DNA of 64,000 nucleotides from an uncultured Candidatus Hydrogenedens sp. (lineage in GTDB: Bacteria > Desulfobacterota_D > UBA1144). The notes under the pieces were generated by a model, which was not told where the DNA came from, searched no databases, and worked only from the letters and a program-made list of their open reading frames with translations. Made by a program: the position numbers and the translations under genes. The stretch lies in contig CACLTT010000005.1 in NCBI GenBank assembly GCA_902609885.1, positions 15,476-79,475 of the forward strand, in the 5' to 3' direction. Positions 39,037 through 47,585 of the stretch are shown here, one piece after another (the first letter of the stretch is position 1; the number at the start of each line of letters is the position of its first letter).

Positions 39037-40393
39037 CTATCGGTAGTGTAATTTCAAAATGCGCACCATCGTTACACAATAATGCTTGAATTTTTCCACC
39101 GTGAAGATTCACAGCATGTTTTACAATGCTTAACCCAAGACCAGTCCCACTTAATTCTTTGGATCGACTTGTATCAATTGTATAGAATCTTTCAAAAATT
39201 TTTTCTAAATTATCAGGGTTTATTCCTGGACCATTATCCTTAATATTAATAGTAATTTTAGATAAATGTTGAGTTATGTTAATTTCTATTTCCCCATTTT
39301 TTGGAGCAAATTTCAATGAATTTTGTAAAAGATTTGTGAATATTTTTTCTAATTCATTTGGATAACCATTAAATGGCAAAGGAGCATTTTGAAAATTTTT
39401 TATTATATTAATCTTTTTAACTTTCTCTGAAGAACAAATTATTTCTTCAACATTTTCAACAAGCTCTTTCAAGTCAATAATCTTTCTTTCAAGCTTATTA
39501 CTTTTTTCATTATTTTCAATTTCTGATAAGTTCAGAATATCTTCGGTTAAATTATTTAATCTATTTGAATTTCTCTCAATAATATCAATCATTTTATTGA
39601 TTGTTTTATCCTCTTTTTCAATATTTGCATTGATGAATTCAATAGCACCTATAATTCCACTTAAGGGTGTTCTTAATTCATGAGATACATTTAAAATTAA
39701 CTCTTCCTTGATTTTATTTAATTGTTTTGTCTCTGTGACATCACTCAATGTTATTAGCATCTTATTTTTATCGTTATCTATAAATCCAACCCTAATCACA
39801 AAAATTTTATCTATATCAGTTCCAAAAGATATTTCACTTTTTACATATGATTTTTTTTTATTTGCTAAATCAACTGCATCACTAAATGAACTACTGTGAA
39901 TTATCTCCCAATATTTTTTATTAATACAGAATTTAGTATCTGGTACATTTATAATTTTTTTCATCTCATTATTAATATAGATAATCCTGTTTTCTTTATT
40001 CTCAATTACCATTAAACCAAATTTTATGCTTGAGATAATATTTTCTAGTTCAATAACCGAGTTTTTTTCTTTTGATATTTTTTTTGAGAATGAGTCGATG
40101 ATTTCATATGTTGCTTTGTCATATGGTTCTCTTGGTTTCGCTTCCTCTAAGTTGTTTATAAAATTTCCGCTTGTTATTTTATTAGATAATTTCTTAATTT
40201 TTTTGGCAGATGATATTAGTCTGACTACAAAAGCTACACAAATAATATATATGATTGTTGATATCACAAAGGTCTTGCTAGATAAAAAATCTAAAATATT
40301 TTTGTTGTTAAAAATTTGTTCAAAAATCCCAGTAAAATAAAGTATTGTTACTAGAATAATTAAATATCTTCTTCGTTCAAAAATATTAATCAT
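39029..40393 (-). CDS. phoR: PAS-domain sensor histidine kinase, PhoR-like
   Basis: 454 aa. Two N-terminal TM helices with a minimal loop, a PAS-like segment, the H-box NVSHELRTPLSGIIGAIEF, and the N/G boxes (DNGPGI, RFYTIDTSRSKELSGTGLGLSIVKH) that are close to the PhoR pattern. Confidence 0.6.
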   Translation of the reverse strand: MINIFERRRYLIILVTILYFTGIFEQIFNNKNILDFLSSKTFVISTIIYIICVAFVVRLISSAKKIKKLSNKITSGNFINNLEEAKPREPYDKATYEIIDSFSKKISKEKNSVIELENIISSIKFGLMVIENKENRIIYINNEMKKIINVPDTKFCINKKYWEIIHSSSFSDAVDLANKKKSYVKSEISFGTDIDKIFVIRVGFIDNDKNKMLITLSDVTETKQLNKIKEELILNVSHELRTPLSGIIGAIEFINANIEKEDKTINKMIDIIERNSNRLNNLTEDILNLSEIENNEKSNKLERKIIDLKELVENVEEIICSSEKVKKINIIKNFQNAPLPFNGYPNELEKIFTNLLQNSLKFAPKNGEIEINITQHLSKITINIKDNGPGINPDNLEKIFERFYTIDTSRSKELSGTGLGLSIVKHAVNLHGGKIQALLCNDGAHFEITLPIVN

Positions 40394-41075
40394 CTGATTC
40401 TATTTTGTAACCTATTCCTCTAACAGCTTTAATATACTTACCACTATTAATCAGCTTTTCTCTTAAATTTTTAACATGTACATCAATTGTTCTATCATAT
40501 ATTATTTTATCATCACCCCAAATTCTTTTCCTTTTAATAAGTTGGTCTCTGGACAAAACTCTCCCTTTGTTTTTAATTAGAGTCTCAAGTAACATGAATT
40601 CCGTTGTTGTTAGATCAATCTTTTTTTGATTTACTGTTGTGGAGTAAGAATCGATATTCATTATTATCTCATTAAATTTCAATAAATTAGCTTCCTTAAC
40701 ATCATTTGTTTCGGTTAAAAATCTTTTAATTTTTGAAAGCAATATTTTATTGCTTATTGGCTTTATAAGATAATCATTTCCACCAACTTCATGGCCAACT
40801 ACTATATCAGATTCAGCCGCTTTTGCTGTTATAAAAATAATAGGAATTTTCTCAAGTTTTGGTTTTCTTCTTATCAGCTTACATGTCTCTATTCCATCTA
40901 GCTTTGGCATCATAACATCCAAGAGAATCAAGTCAGGAACTAATGTTTCACAAAAATTTAAAAGATCTAATCCATTTGAAAAAACTTTAGTTCTATATCC
41001 GCTTGTATTTAAATTTATAGATAATATATCAGCTAGATCTTTTTCATCTTCAGCTATTACAATTAATTTTTCCAT
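40386..41075 (-). CDS. phoB: OmpR/PhoB-family response regulator
   Basis: 229 aa. Receiver domain (IAEDE...DLILLDVMMPKLDG...TAK) plus a winged-helix output domain (RVLSRDQLI...VDVHVKNLREKL...IKAVRGIGYKI). It overlaps the kinase gene by 8 nt. Confidence 0.6.
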   Translation of the reverse strand: MEKLIVIAEDEKDLADILSINLNTSGYRTKVFSNGLDLLNFCETLVPDLILLDVMMPKLDGIETCKLIRRKPKLEKIPIIFITAKAAESDIVVGHEVGGNDYLIKPISNKILLSKIKRFLTETNDVKEANLLKFNEIIMNIDSYSTTVNQKKIDLTTTEFMLLETLIKNKGRVLSRDQLIKRKRIWGDDKIIYDRTIDVHVKNLREKLINSGKYIKAVRGIGYKIESDD

Positions 41076-41165
41076 ACTATAAGTATTAAATAATTTTCAA
41101 TGAAAAAAAATAAAATTCATAAAAATATTATCTATTTCAAACCAAAATTATTTATTATTCTATAA

Positions 41166-41209
41166 TTAACTTCAAATTAACTAAAGCTTAACTAAAAGTT
41201 AACAATCAA
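41166..41209 (+). promoter_or_regulatory. array of four 11-bp-phased TTAAC(T/A) direct repeats upstream of the porin gene (candidate Pho box array)
   Basis: TTAACTTCAAA|TTAACTAAAGC|TTAACTAAAAG|TTAACAATCAA. The cores sit at 41166, 41177, 41188 and 41199. A TATGGT -10-like hexamer lies at 41214-41219 and an AAGGAGG RBS at 41232-41238. Confidence 0.55.
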
Positions 41210-41242
41210 AAAATATGGTAAATATATTAATAAGGAGGTTTT

Positions 41243-42580
41243 TTGAAAAATTTATTAATTATTTATTTATTACTAACTGGTCTTTTACTGACTAAAACAT
41301 CCTATTCAAACGAAGATGGAAAAGCAAATATTGATGAAGGTTCATCAGTTCAAAAGCTAAGTGATACTTTGGGCACTAATCTAAATAAAAAAGCTAAAGA
41401 TTTTAACATCAGTTGGAAAGCTGGAAAGGGTTTAAGTTTTGAGTCCCCAGGTGAATTCAAACTTTCAATTGGAGCGAGAATTCAAGCACGTTATGACACA
41501 TGGGTGAAAAGTGATGATCCTCAGGATGGTAGAGGTAATGAATTTGGAACTAGAAGATTACAAATGACATTTGCCGGCTATGCTTACAGCCCTAGCATTT
41601 TTTATAAATACGTTTTTAATTCAGATAAAAATGGAGAAGAGATTGCTGGTGGTACAAAAGAAGCTGGTCTTGGTATAGAGGATGCTTTTTTTGGATATAA
41701 AAAAGGAATGTTCAAAATTACTTTTGGTCAAATGAAAATTCCATTTGATATTGAAGAGCAAACTTCTTCAAGTAGTCTTGAATTTGTTGATAGATCAGCA
41801 AAAAGACTTATTTGGGAAAGAGACCATGGTGTTAAATTTGATCTTAGTCCAATCAAGAATAAAGTTAAATTAACTTATTACTTAGGCTCAGGAACAGGTG
41901 GTAACAATACTGAATCTTTCTTTAAGCAAAGTGGAAATACAGACGATCACATTCATGCATATAGAATCGATTTAACTCCTCTTGGAAAATATAAATATAA
42001 GCAAGGAGATTTAAAAGGCGGTGATCTAAAAATTGGCATTGGTGCAGCATATGTTACATGGAACAATTTAAGTGTTAATGCTGCCTATGAAATTCAAAAT
42101 GATGCAGGTAACGATTTTGTCAAAGGTAAACTCGATGATATTCTCGATAAATTAGAAATAGCTTTTGATAATTCTGGTCAAACAACAGCCGCATCAACTG
42201 ATTTTGATGTTAGTGCTCTTACATACGATTTTAGAGCTAAAATGAAAGGATTTGCATATGAATTTAACTATTCAAAAATAACTGGTAAAGACCAGGAAAA
42301 TGCAGCAGTTGGAAAGGCTTCAACAGATTTTTATAGACATCAAATATCTTACACTTCACCAGGTGGATACATGATTGGTTACAGATATTCACTATTAGAT
42401 GAATCAACTGGTGATAATTCAAACGGTGATAATTTTATTGAACAATCTTATGGACTTGGAAAATATTTTGTTGGGCATAACTTAAAAATTCAAGCGACTT
42501 ATATTGACTTGAAAGAAGAAAAGCCTGGAGATGATGCAGATGATGATATCTTCATGATCCAAGCTCAAATGAAATTCTAA
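41243..42580 (+). CDS. phosphate-selective porin O/P family outer-membrane protein
   Basis: 445 aa. TTG start with a strong RBS, and a signal peptide (..KTSYS|NE). N-terminal pattern KAGKGLSFESPGEFKLSIGARIQARYD typical of the OprO/OprP family, and a C-terminal Phe. Confidence 0.7.
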   Translation: MKNLLIIYLLLTGLLLTKTSYSNEDGKANIDEGSSVQKLSDTLGTNLNKKAKDFNISWKAGKGLSFESPGEFKLSIGARIQARYDTWVKSDDPQDGRGNEFGTRRLQMTFAGYAYSPSIFYKYVFNSDKNGEEIAGGTKEAGLGIEDAFFGYKKGMFKITFGQMKIPFDIEEQTSSSSLEFVDRSAKRLIWERDHGVKFDLSPIKNKVKLTYYLGSGTGGNNTESFFKQSGNTDDHIHAYRIDLTPLGKYKYKQGDLKGGDLKIGIGAAYVTWNNLSVNAAYEIQNDAGNDFVKGKLDDILDKLEIAFDNSGQTTAASTDFDVSALTYDFRAKMKGFAYEFNYSKITGKDQENAAVGKASTDFYRHQISYTSPGGYMIGYRYSLLDESTGDNSNGDNFIEQSYGLGKYFVGHNLKIQATYIDLKEEKPGDDADDDIFMIQAQMKF

Positions 42581-42591
42581 AAATTTATATT

Positions 42592-42617
42592 GCATACGGT
42601 TACAAATACCCGTATGC
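42592..42617 (+). terminator. hairpin after the porin gene (possible intrinsic terminator)
   Basis: GCATACGG (42592-42599), a 10-nt loop, then CCGTATGC (42610-42617). The downstream region is only moderately T-rich. Confidence 0.4.
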
Positions 42618-42675
42618 GCCCTGTTAATTATTTAATTTATATGTTATAAAAAAATAAAAAAAGGAGTAACAATTT

Positions 42676-42822
42676 ATGAAATTATTCAAGCTGTTTATTT
42701 TAACTCTAGTAATTTGCGGATCATTCCAAGGATGTTCTTATCTCTCACAAAAATGGGACGAAAGACCAACATGGATGGGCGGCGAAGAAGAAGAGTCAGC
42801 AAAAGAAGTTCCAAGCGAATAG
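42676..42822 (+). CDS. 48-aa secreted or lipo-peptide with an acidic tail (hypothetical; below the ORF-track cutoff)
   Basis: AAGGAG (42661-42666) lies 9 nt before the ATG. The product is MKLFKLFILTLVICGSFQGCSYLSQKWDERPTWMGGEEEESAKEVPSE, a signal peptide ending in a lipobox-like FQGC. Confidence 0.5.
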   Translation: MKLFKLFILTLVICGSFQGCSYLSQKWDERPTWMGGEEEESAKEVPSE

Positions 42823-42870
42823 TTTTAATTAAAATAATTTTTTAATTATTTACGTATTATAATATCATCT

Positions 42871-44241
42871 ATGAATGATGAATTTATAAATTCTCTTACA
42901 AGCATTTTGAGTGATAGAATATCATTTGCTGAAGTTGTCAGATCAAATTATTCAAAAGGCGAAGATGTATTTGACCCAGTTCTGCCCGCAGCGGTTGTTT
43001 TTCCAAATTCCACCGAAGAAGTTTCCTCAATATTAAAACTTTGCAATCAATATAAGGTTCCTGTTGTTCCGTTTGGCGCTGGTACGTCTCTAGAAGGACA
43101 AGTGGTTGGCATTAAAGAAGGAATAGCTATGAGCATGGAAAATATGAATAAAATACTTGAAATAAATCCTCAAGATTTTGATTGTAAAGTTCAAACTTAC
43201 GTAACAAGAATAAAATTAAATGACAGCTTAAAAGATCAAGGAGTTTTTTTTCCAATTGATCCTGGTGCAGATGCGACAATTGGTGGAATGTGTTCTACAT
43301 CAGCTTCAGGGACTATGGCAGTTAAATATGGAACTATGAAAACATCTACTATAGGCTTAACAGTTGTCTTACCAACCGGAGAAATAATTACCACTGGCTC
43401 GAGAGCAAAAAAAACATCTTCTGGATATAATTTAACAAATTTATTTATTGGCTCTGAAGGTACATTAGGTGTTATTACAGAGATAAGATTAAGATTACAT
43501 CCAATTCCTGAAAATATTGTTAGCGGCATATGCCATTTTAATAATCTTAAAGAGGCAGTAAACACAGTTAAAGAAATTGTTCAATTAGGTATTCAGGTAG
43601 CAAGAGTAGAGCTTCTTAACAAAGATCAAATGGAAATAAGTATTAATTTCTCTAATTTAAAAAATCTTAAAATAACACCAACTTTATTTTTTGAATTCCA
43701 CGGAAGTGAAAAATCAAATATTGAGTCAGTTAATTCAGTGAGTGAGCTGTGCGATGATAATAATGGATTTGATTTTGATTTTTCATCTGACCTTAAAAAA
43801 AGAAATGAACTTTGGAAAGCAAGGCACGATGTTTACTGGTCTGTAAAATCCCTAAAGCCAAATGCAAGAGTATATGCAACAGACGCATGTGTACCGATTA
43901 CAAATTTAGTTGAATGCATAAAATTTGCAGAAAATGAAATTTCAAAAGACGGATTAAGAGCACCAATTGTAGGCCATGTAGGTGACGGTAATTTTCATGT
44001 CACTATATTATACGATCCTGAAATTCCTGAGGATATGAAAAAGATTAGAGAGTTTAGTGATAAATTAGTTAAAAAATCACTAGAACTTGGAGGAACTGCA
44101 ACAGGGGAACACGGAATTGGTCTAAATAAGAAAAAATATCTCGAAATTGAGCATAAAAATAGTCTTTTTTTAATGAAAAAGATCAAAAAATCAATAGATC
44201 CCGAGAATATTATGAACCCAGGCAAGATCTTTGATATATGA
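42871..44241 (+). CDS. FAD-linked oxidase (D-lactate dehydrogenase / GlcD-like)
   Basis: 456 aa. FAD-binding PCMH-type domain (VVPFGAGTSLEGQ, GSEGTLGVITE) and a C-terminal oxidase domain (GTATGEHGIGLNKKKYL). Confidence 0.85.
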   Translation: MNDEFINSLTSILSDRISFAEVVRSNYSKGEDVFDPVLPAAVVFPNSTEEVSSILKLCNQYKVPVVPFGAGTSLEGQVVGIKEGIAMSMENMNKILEINPQDFDCKVQTYVTRIKLNDSLKDQGVFFPIDPGADATIGGMCSTSASGTMAVKYGTMKTSTIGLTVVLPTGEIITTGSRAKKTSSGYNLTNLFIGSEGTLGVITEIRLRLHPIPENIVSGICHFNNLKEAVNTVKEIVQLGIQVARVELLNKDQMEISINFSNLKNLKITPTLFFEFHGSEKSNIESVNSVSELCDDNNGFDFDFSSDLKKRNELWKARHDVYWSVKSLKPNARVYATDACVPITNLVECIKFAENEISKDGLRAPIVGHVGDGNFHVTILYDPEIPEDMKKIREFSDKLVKKSLELGGTATGEHGIGLNKKKYLEIEHKNSLFLMKKIKKSIDPENIMNPGKIFDI

Positions 44242-44355
44242 TTATAGTTACTTAAAATATACTACTGTACAAAAAGAAATCAGCATCTAAAATTACAATA
44301 ACGTTATCGATATTAAAATTAGATTGAAAAACTTTATAAAATCTTAATAAAACCC

Positions 44356-44383
44356 TTGACTTAAGGGGGCCAAATACGATAAT
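44356..44383 (+). promoter_or_regulatory. sigma70-type promoter of the 526-aa OMP gene
   Basis: TTGACT (44356-44361), a 16-nt spacer, then GATAAT (44378-44383). An AAGGAGG RBS follows at about 44400. Confidence 0.5.
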
Positions 44384-44416
44384 GTTGAATAATCTTTACA
44401 AGGAGGTAAAGGATTT

Positions 44417-45997
44417 ATGCGTATTACAAAATTTGTATTAGCATTGGTATTCGCAATCGGACTTGCAATTCCATCGTTCGCGGTTGAATTAAGTCTTGGC
44501 GGATTTCCAAGTTATATGCGTTTTCGTTGGAGAACATTAACAAATGCTACTGCTCACAGTGTAACTAATGGCGATACTTCTGTTTTAGGCTCGACATCTG
44601 ATGGTGAACAAATTCACTTTGCAGATATGACTTTAAGACTTACTCCTCAATTAGTTTTAAGTGATGCTGTAACAATTAGAGCAACTGTTGATGTTTTAAG
44701 TAACGCAATTGCTGGTGGTGCAAACTCAGGGCTCTTTGGTGCAACTGAGAACAACTCCGGTGGTGTAGTTATGTCAGACATCAGTACTGCAGATAGATTT
44801 AATGGTACTTTACTTTTTGACACAGATGCTGTTGACGAAAACTCAGGAAGTTTTAAAGTTAAATTCCTTATGGCTGATATCAATCTGGGTGAATATGGAT
44901 TCTTAAGAATCGGTAGACAGCCTTTTGATTTCGGTTTAGGTATTTACGCAAATGGTGGTCATAACCCATACGATGATCAAGGTTTTAATATTGATCGTGT
45001 ACTTTGGTTAAAAGGCTATGATACTGCTTTAGGTGCAACAACACTTGTATTAGTTTCTGACTATATTTCAGGTGGTGGTGACGCTGGAGCTGACAAAGAT
45101 GCGGATGAGGATATCTCTCTATTTGAAGGGCAAGGTCAAACAGTTGACTACTTAGCAGCTGCTGTGATTGTTGCAAATGGACCAAATGTTTTTGGTGGTT
45201 ATTTGTTTCCAAAAATTAGACAGAAAAACTTAGGCGCTGCTGCGGAAAGTGGTTATGACATGAACTTTGTTCTTTATGAAGTTTACTATACTTACAATGG
45301 TTCAGATGTGTTCTTTGGAACTGACTGGGCCGGTGGTTATGGTACTTTAAAACCAGAATCAAGTTCAGGTAAAAAATCTAACGCTAATATCGATAAAAGC
45401 AACTTTTTCTGGGTAACTCAACTTCGTTTTAAAAACCTAGCAAATGCTATGTCAGATATTGGTTTTGAATATGGTGTATCTCCTGGTGATGAATTTACAT
45501 CAGGTACTGATGACTACCAAGGTGGAGTTATCAGAGGTAACGCAGCTTATGAAGTAGACAATCTATTATTTAAGCATGTTATCCCTTCACTTTATGGTTC
45601 TGAAGGTTCAGTTATCAACTCTAAATATATAAAAGTTGATACAAATATGCCAATGGGACCAACTTCAAACTTAAATCTTAAAGTTGTAATGGCTTGGGCA
45701 GCTGAAACTGATGATCAGCAATTTAATCATATTGATAATGCCGCTGGTACTATCCAAGATATCTCAGGATATTGGGGTACAGTTTACGAAGCTATTTATA
45801 GCACAGATTTAACAGATGGTGTTGAACTATCTTTAATTGGTACTTATATTGATTCTGGTAAAGGTCTAAAAGACGCTATGTCTGATGCAGCTGACGGTAC
45901 TGCTGTAAGATCTGACGCAGCTGGGTCAATTTATGGTTTCCAAACAAGATTATTAATCTTCATTGATGATTTCTTTAAAGCACCTGCTGCTAAATAA
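44417..45997 (+). CDS. abundant-type outer-membrane protein / putative major porin (family not recognised)
   Basis: 526 aa. Signal peptide (..AIPSFA|VE), rich in Gly/Asp/Thr/Tyr, and an LRIGRQPFDFGLGIY segment reminiscent of porin or alginate-export-like barrels. It has a strong promoter, RBS and terminator, and its codon choice differs from its neighbours (GGT/GCT/ACT rich). Confidence 0.5.
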   Translation: MRITKFVLALVFAIGLAIPSFAVELSLGGFPSYMRFRWRTLTNATAHSVTNGDTSVLGSTSDGEQIHFADMTLRLTPQLVLSDAVTIRATVDVLSNAIAGGANSGLFGATENNSGGVVMSDISTADRFNGTLLFDTDAVDENSGSFKVKFLMADINLGEYGFLRIGRQPFDFGLGIYANGGHNPYDDQGFNIDRVLWLKGYDTALGATTLVLVSDYISGGGDAGADKDADEDISLFEGQGQTVDYLAAAVIVANGPNVFGGYLFPKIRQKNLGAAAESGYDMNFVLYEVYYTYNGSDVFFGTDWAGGYGTLKPESSSGKKSNANIDKSNFFWVTQLRFKNLANAMSDIGFEYGVSPGDEFTSGTDDYQGGVIRGNAAYEVDNLLFKHVIPSLYGSEGSVINSKYIKVDTNMPMGPTSNLNLKVVMAWAAETDDQQFNHIDNAAGTIQDISGYWGTVYEAIYSTDLTDGVELSLIGTYIDSGKGLKDAMSDAADGTAVRSDAAGSIYGFQTRLLIFIDDFFKAPAAK

Positions 45998-46018
45998 ATA
46001 ATTAATTAAATTAATTAT

Positions 46019-46051
46019 GGGAGTTCTTGAAATAGGACTCCCTTTTTTTTT
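46019..46051 (+). terminator. rho-independent terminator
   Basis: GGGAGT (46019-46024), a 12-nt loop, ACTCCC (46037-46042), then T9 (46043-46051). It begins 21 nt after the OMP stop codon. Confidence 0.75.
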
Positions 46052-46072
46052 ATAATCTGATAAATTAACTAT

Positions 46073-47581
46073 ATGAGATTTTTAATCATAATTATATTTC
46101 TTTTTACTAATTACTCTTATGCAATTTCTTTAGATTCGGCAATTAATTATGCTTTGATTAATAACAAGGATCTAAAAATCTCATCTATTGATATTCAGAG
46201 AAGTTTAGGTGTGGTCAAATCTGATTCATCAATATATGATATTAATTTTTCAGCAAATTTTGAGTACCAAGATTTAAAGTCCCCATCAACATCAGCTTTT
46301 GCAAACAATGATAAAATAAATGAAACAATAACTTCATATTCTTTTGGTTTTGATGGTTATTTAGAATCAGGTACTAAATATTTTTTAACACCGTTTAAAT
46401 TAAAAAAAATTGAATCAGATCTTGGGACAAATTCAATGAGCCCAAAGTGGGAATCTAGTTTTGAATTAGGGCTATCACAAAATATTTTAAAAGATTTTGG
46501 TCCATCAGTTAATAATTCTTTTATTATAGTTTCAAAAAATAATTCTAAAATATCTAAAATTCAGTTTGAGAAGATGGTTTCAAAAACTATTTTAAACGTT
46601 AAAACCAATTTTTATAATGCACTATTAGCAAAAAAAAATATTGAATTAGCTAACTCTTCTCTTGCATTAGCCGAGGATTTGGTTAAGAAAAATGAATATC
46701 AAGTTGAAGCCGGAACGCTCCCTAAGCTATCACTTCTTCAGGCAAAAGCAGCTGTTGCTTTTAGGCAAGTAGAATTAATTAAGGCCGAAAATAATTATGA
46801 TCTTTCCTTAGACAATTTTAAAATTTCTATTTCAATGCCATTAGATGAACAAGTGACTTTGGATGGGATTATTGAGAAAAATTCTGAGGCTATATCAGAA
46901 TTAAGTGATGTATCTTCTATTGCCTTTAATAATAGACCTGAAATAAGACAAAGAGAACTAAAAATAAAAAGCTCTCAACAAATGGTGGAATATTACAGAA
47001 ATCAACTATTACCAGATTTCAACTTAGAAGCCTCATTAGGTTATGCCGGACTTGGTGGTAGTAAAAGCAATAATTATTCTTCAGCAATTTTAGGCCCTCC
47101 ATCTATTGATTCTAAATATGATAGTGGTTTAAATGATTCAATTGATAATTTGAGATCTGGAGAAAATCTAAGTTGGAAAGTTGGAGCGTCAATAAATATT
47201 CCATTAGGCAATGTTAAAGCTAAAGGAAATTTAAAATCTGCAAAGGCTAAAATGGAAATTGATTCTATTAAGCTTGAACAACTTCTTGATTTAGTAAGTC
47301 TTGAGGCAAGATCATCTTGGAGAGACGTTATTACTAACCTTAAAAATATTGATGCAGCTAAAATTGGTCTTGAGCTACAAAAAGAGATTCTCGAAAATGA
47401 GCAAGAAAGATTTAATATAGGTTTATCAAAAACAAATGATGTTCTAGAGGCGCAAACAGAGTTGATAGAGGCAGAACTTTCATATAATAAATCCTTAGCT
47501 GATTTTAATATATCTTTGAATGAGCATAAATATTCTTTAGGAATTCTTCTAAAAGATAAGAAAATAATTCTTGATAACTAA
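46073..47581 (+). CDS. TolC-family outer-membrane efflux protein
   Basis: 502 aa. Signal peptide (..NYSYA|IS) and two outer-membrane-efflux-protein repeats with long coiled-coil segments (LSLDSAINYALINNKDLK...). Confidence 0.8.
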   Translation: MRFLIIIIFLFTNYSYAISLDSAINYALINNKDLKISSIDIQRSLGVVKSDSSIYDINFSANFEYQDLKSPSTSAFANNDKINETITSYSFGFDGYLESGTKYFLTPFKLKKIESDLGTNSMSPKWESSFELGLSQNILKDFGPSVNNSFIIVSKNNSKISKIQFEKMVSKTILNVKTNFYNALLAKKNIELANSSLALAEDLVKKNEYQVEAGTLPKLSLLQAKAAVAFRQVELIKAENNYDLSLDNFKISISMPLDEQVTLDGIIEKNSEAISELSDVSSIAFNNRPEIRQRELKIKSSQQMVEYYRNQLLPDFNLEASLGYAGLGGSKSNNYSSAILGPPSIDSKYDSGLNDSIDNLRSGENLSWKVGASINIPLGNVKAKGNLKSAKAKMEIDSIKLEQLLDLVSLEARSSWRDVITNLKNIDAAKIGLELQKEILENEQERFNIGLSKTNDVLEAQTELIEAELSYNKSLADFNISLNEHKYSLGILLKDKKIILDN

Positions 47582-47585
47582 ATAT

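Noticed and set aside
41100-41165. 21-codon ORF (MKKNKIHKNIIYFKPKLFIIL) in the phoB/porin divergent spacer
   Set aside because: It has no RBS, is a lysine/isoleucine-rich sequence typical of random AT-rich DNA, and sits where promoters for both divergent genes are expected.
42858-42873. Perfect TATAAT (42858-42863) 7 nt before the ATG of the FAD oxidase, which has no SD: a possible leaderless mRNA
   Set aside because: TATAAT is expected many times by chance in DNA of about 30% GC, and the -35 region (TAATTT) is poor. The gene could equally be co-transcribed with the upstream small ORF. This cannot be supported without TSS data.
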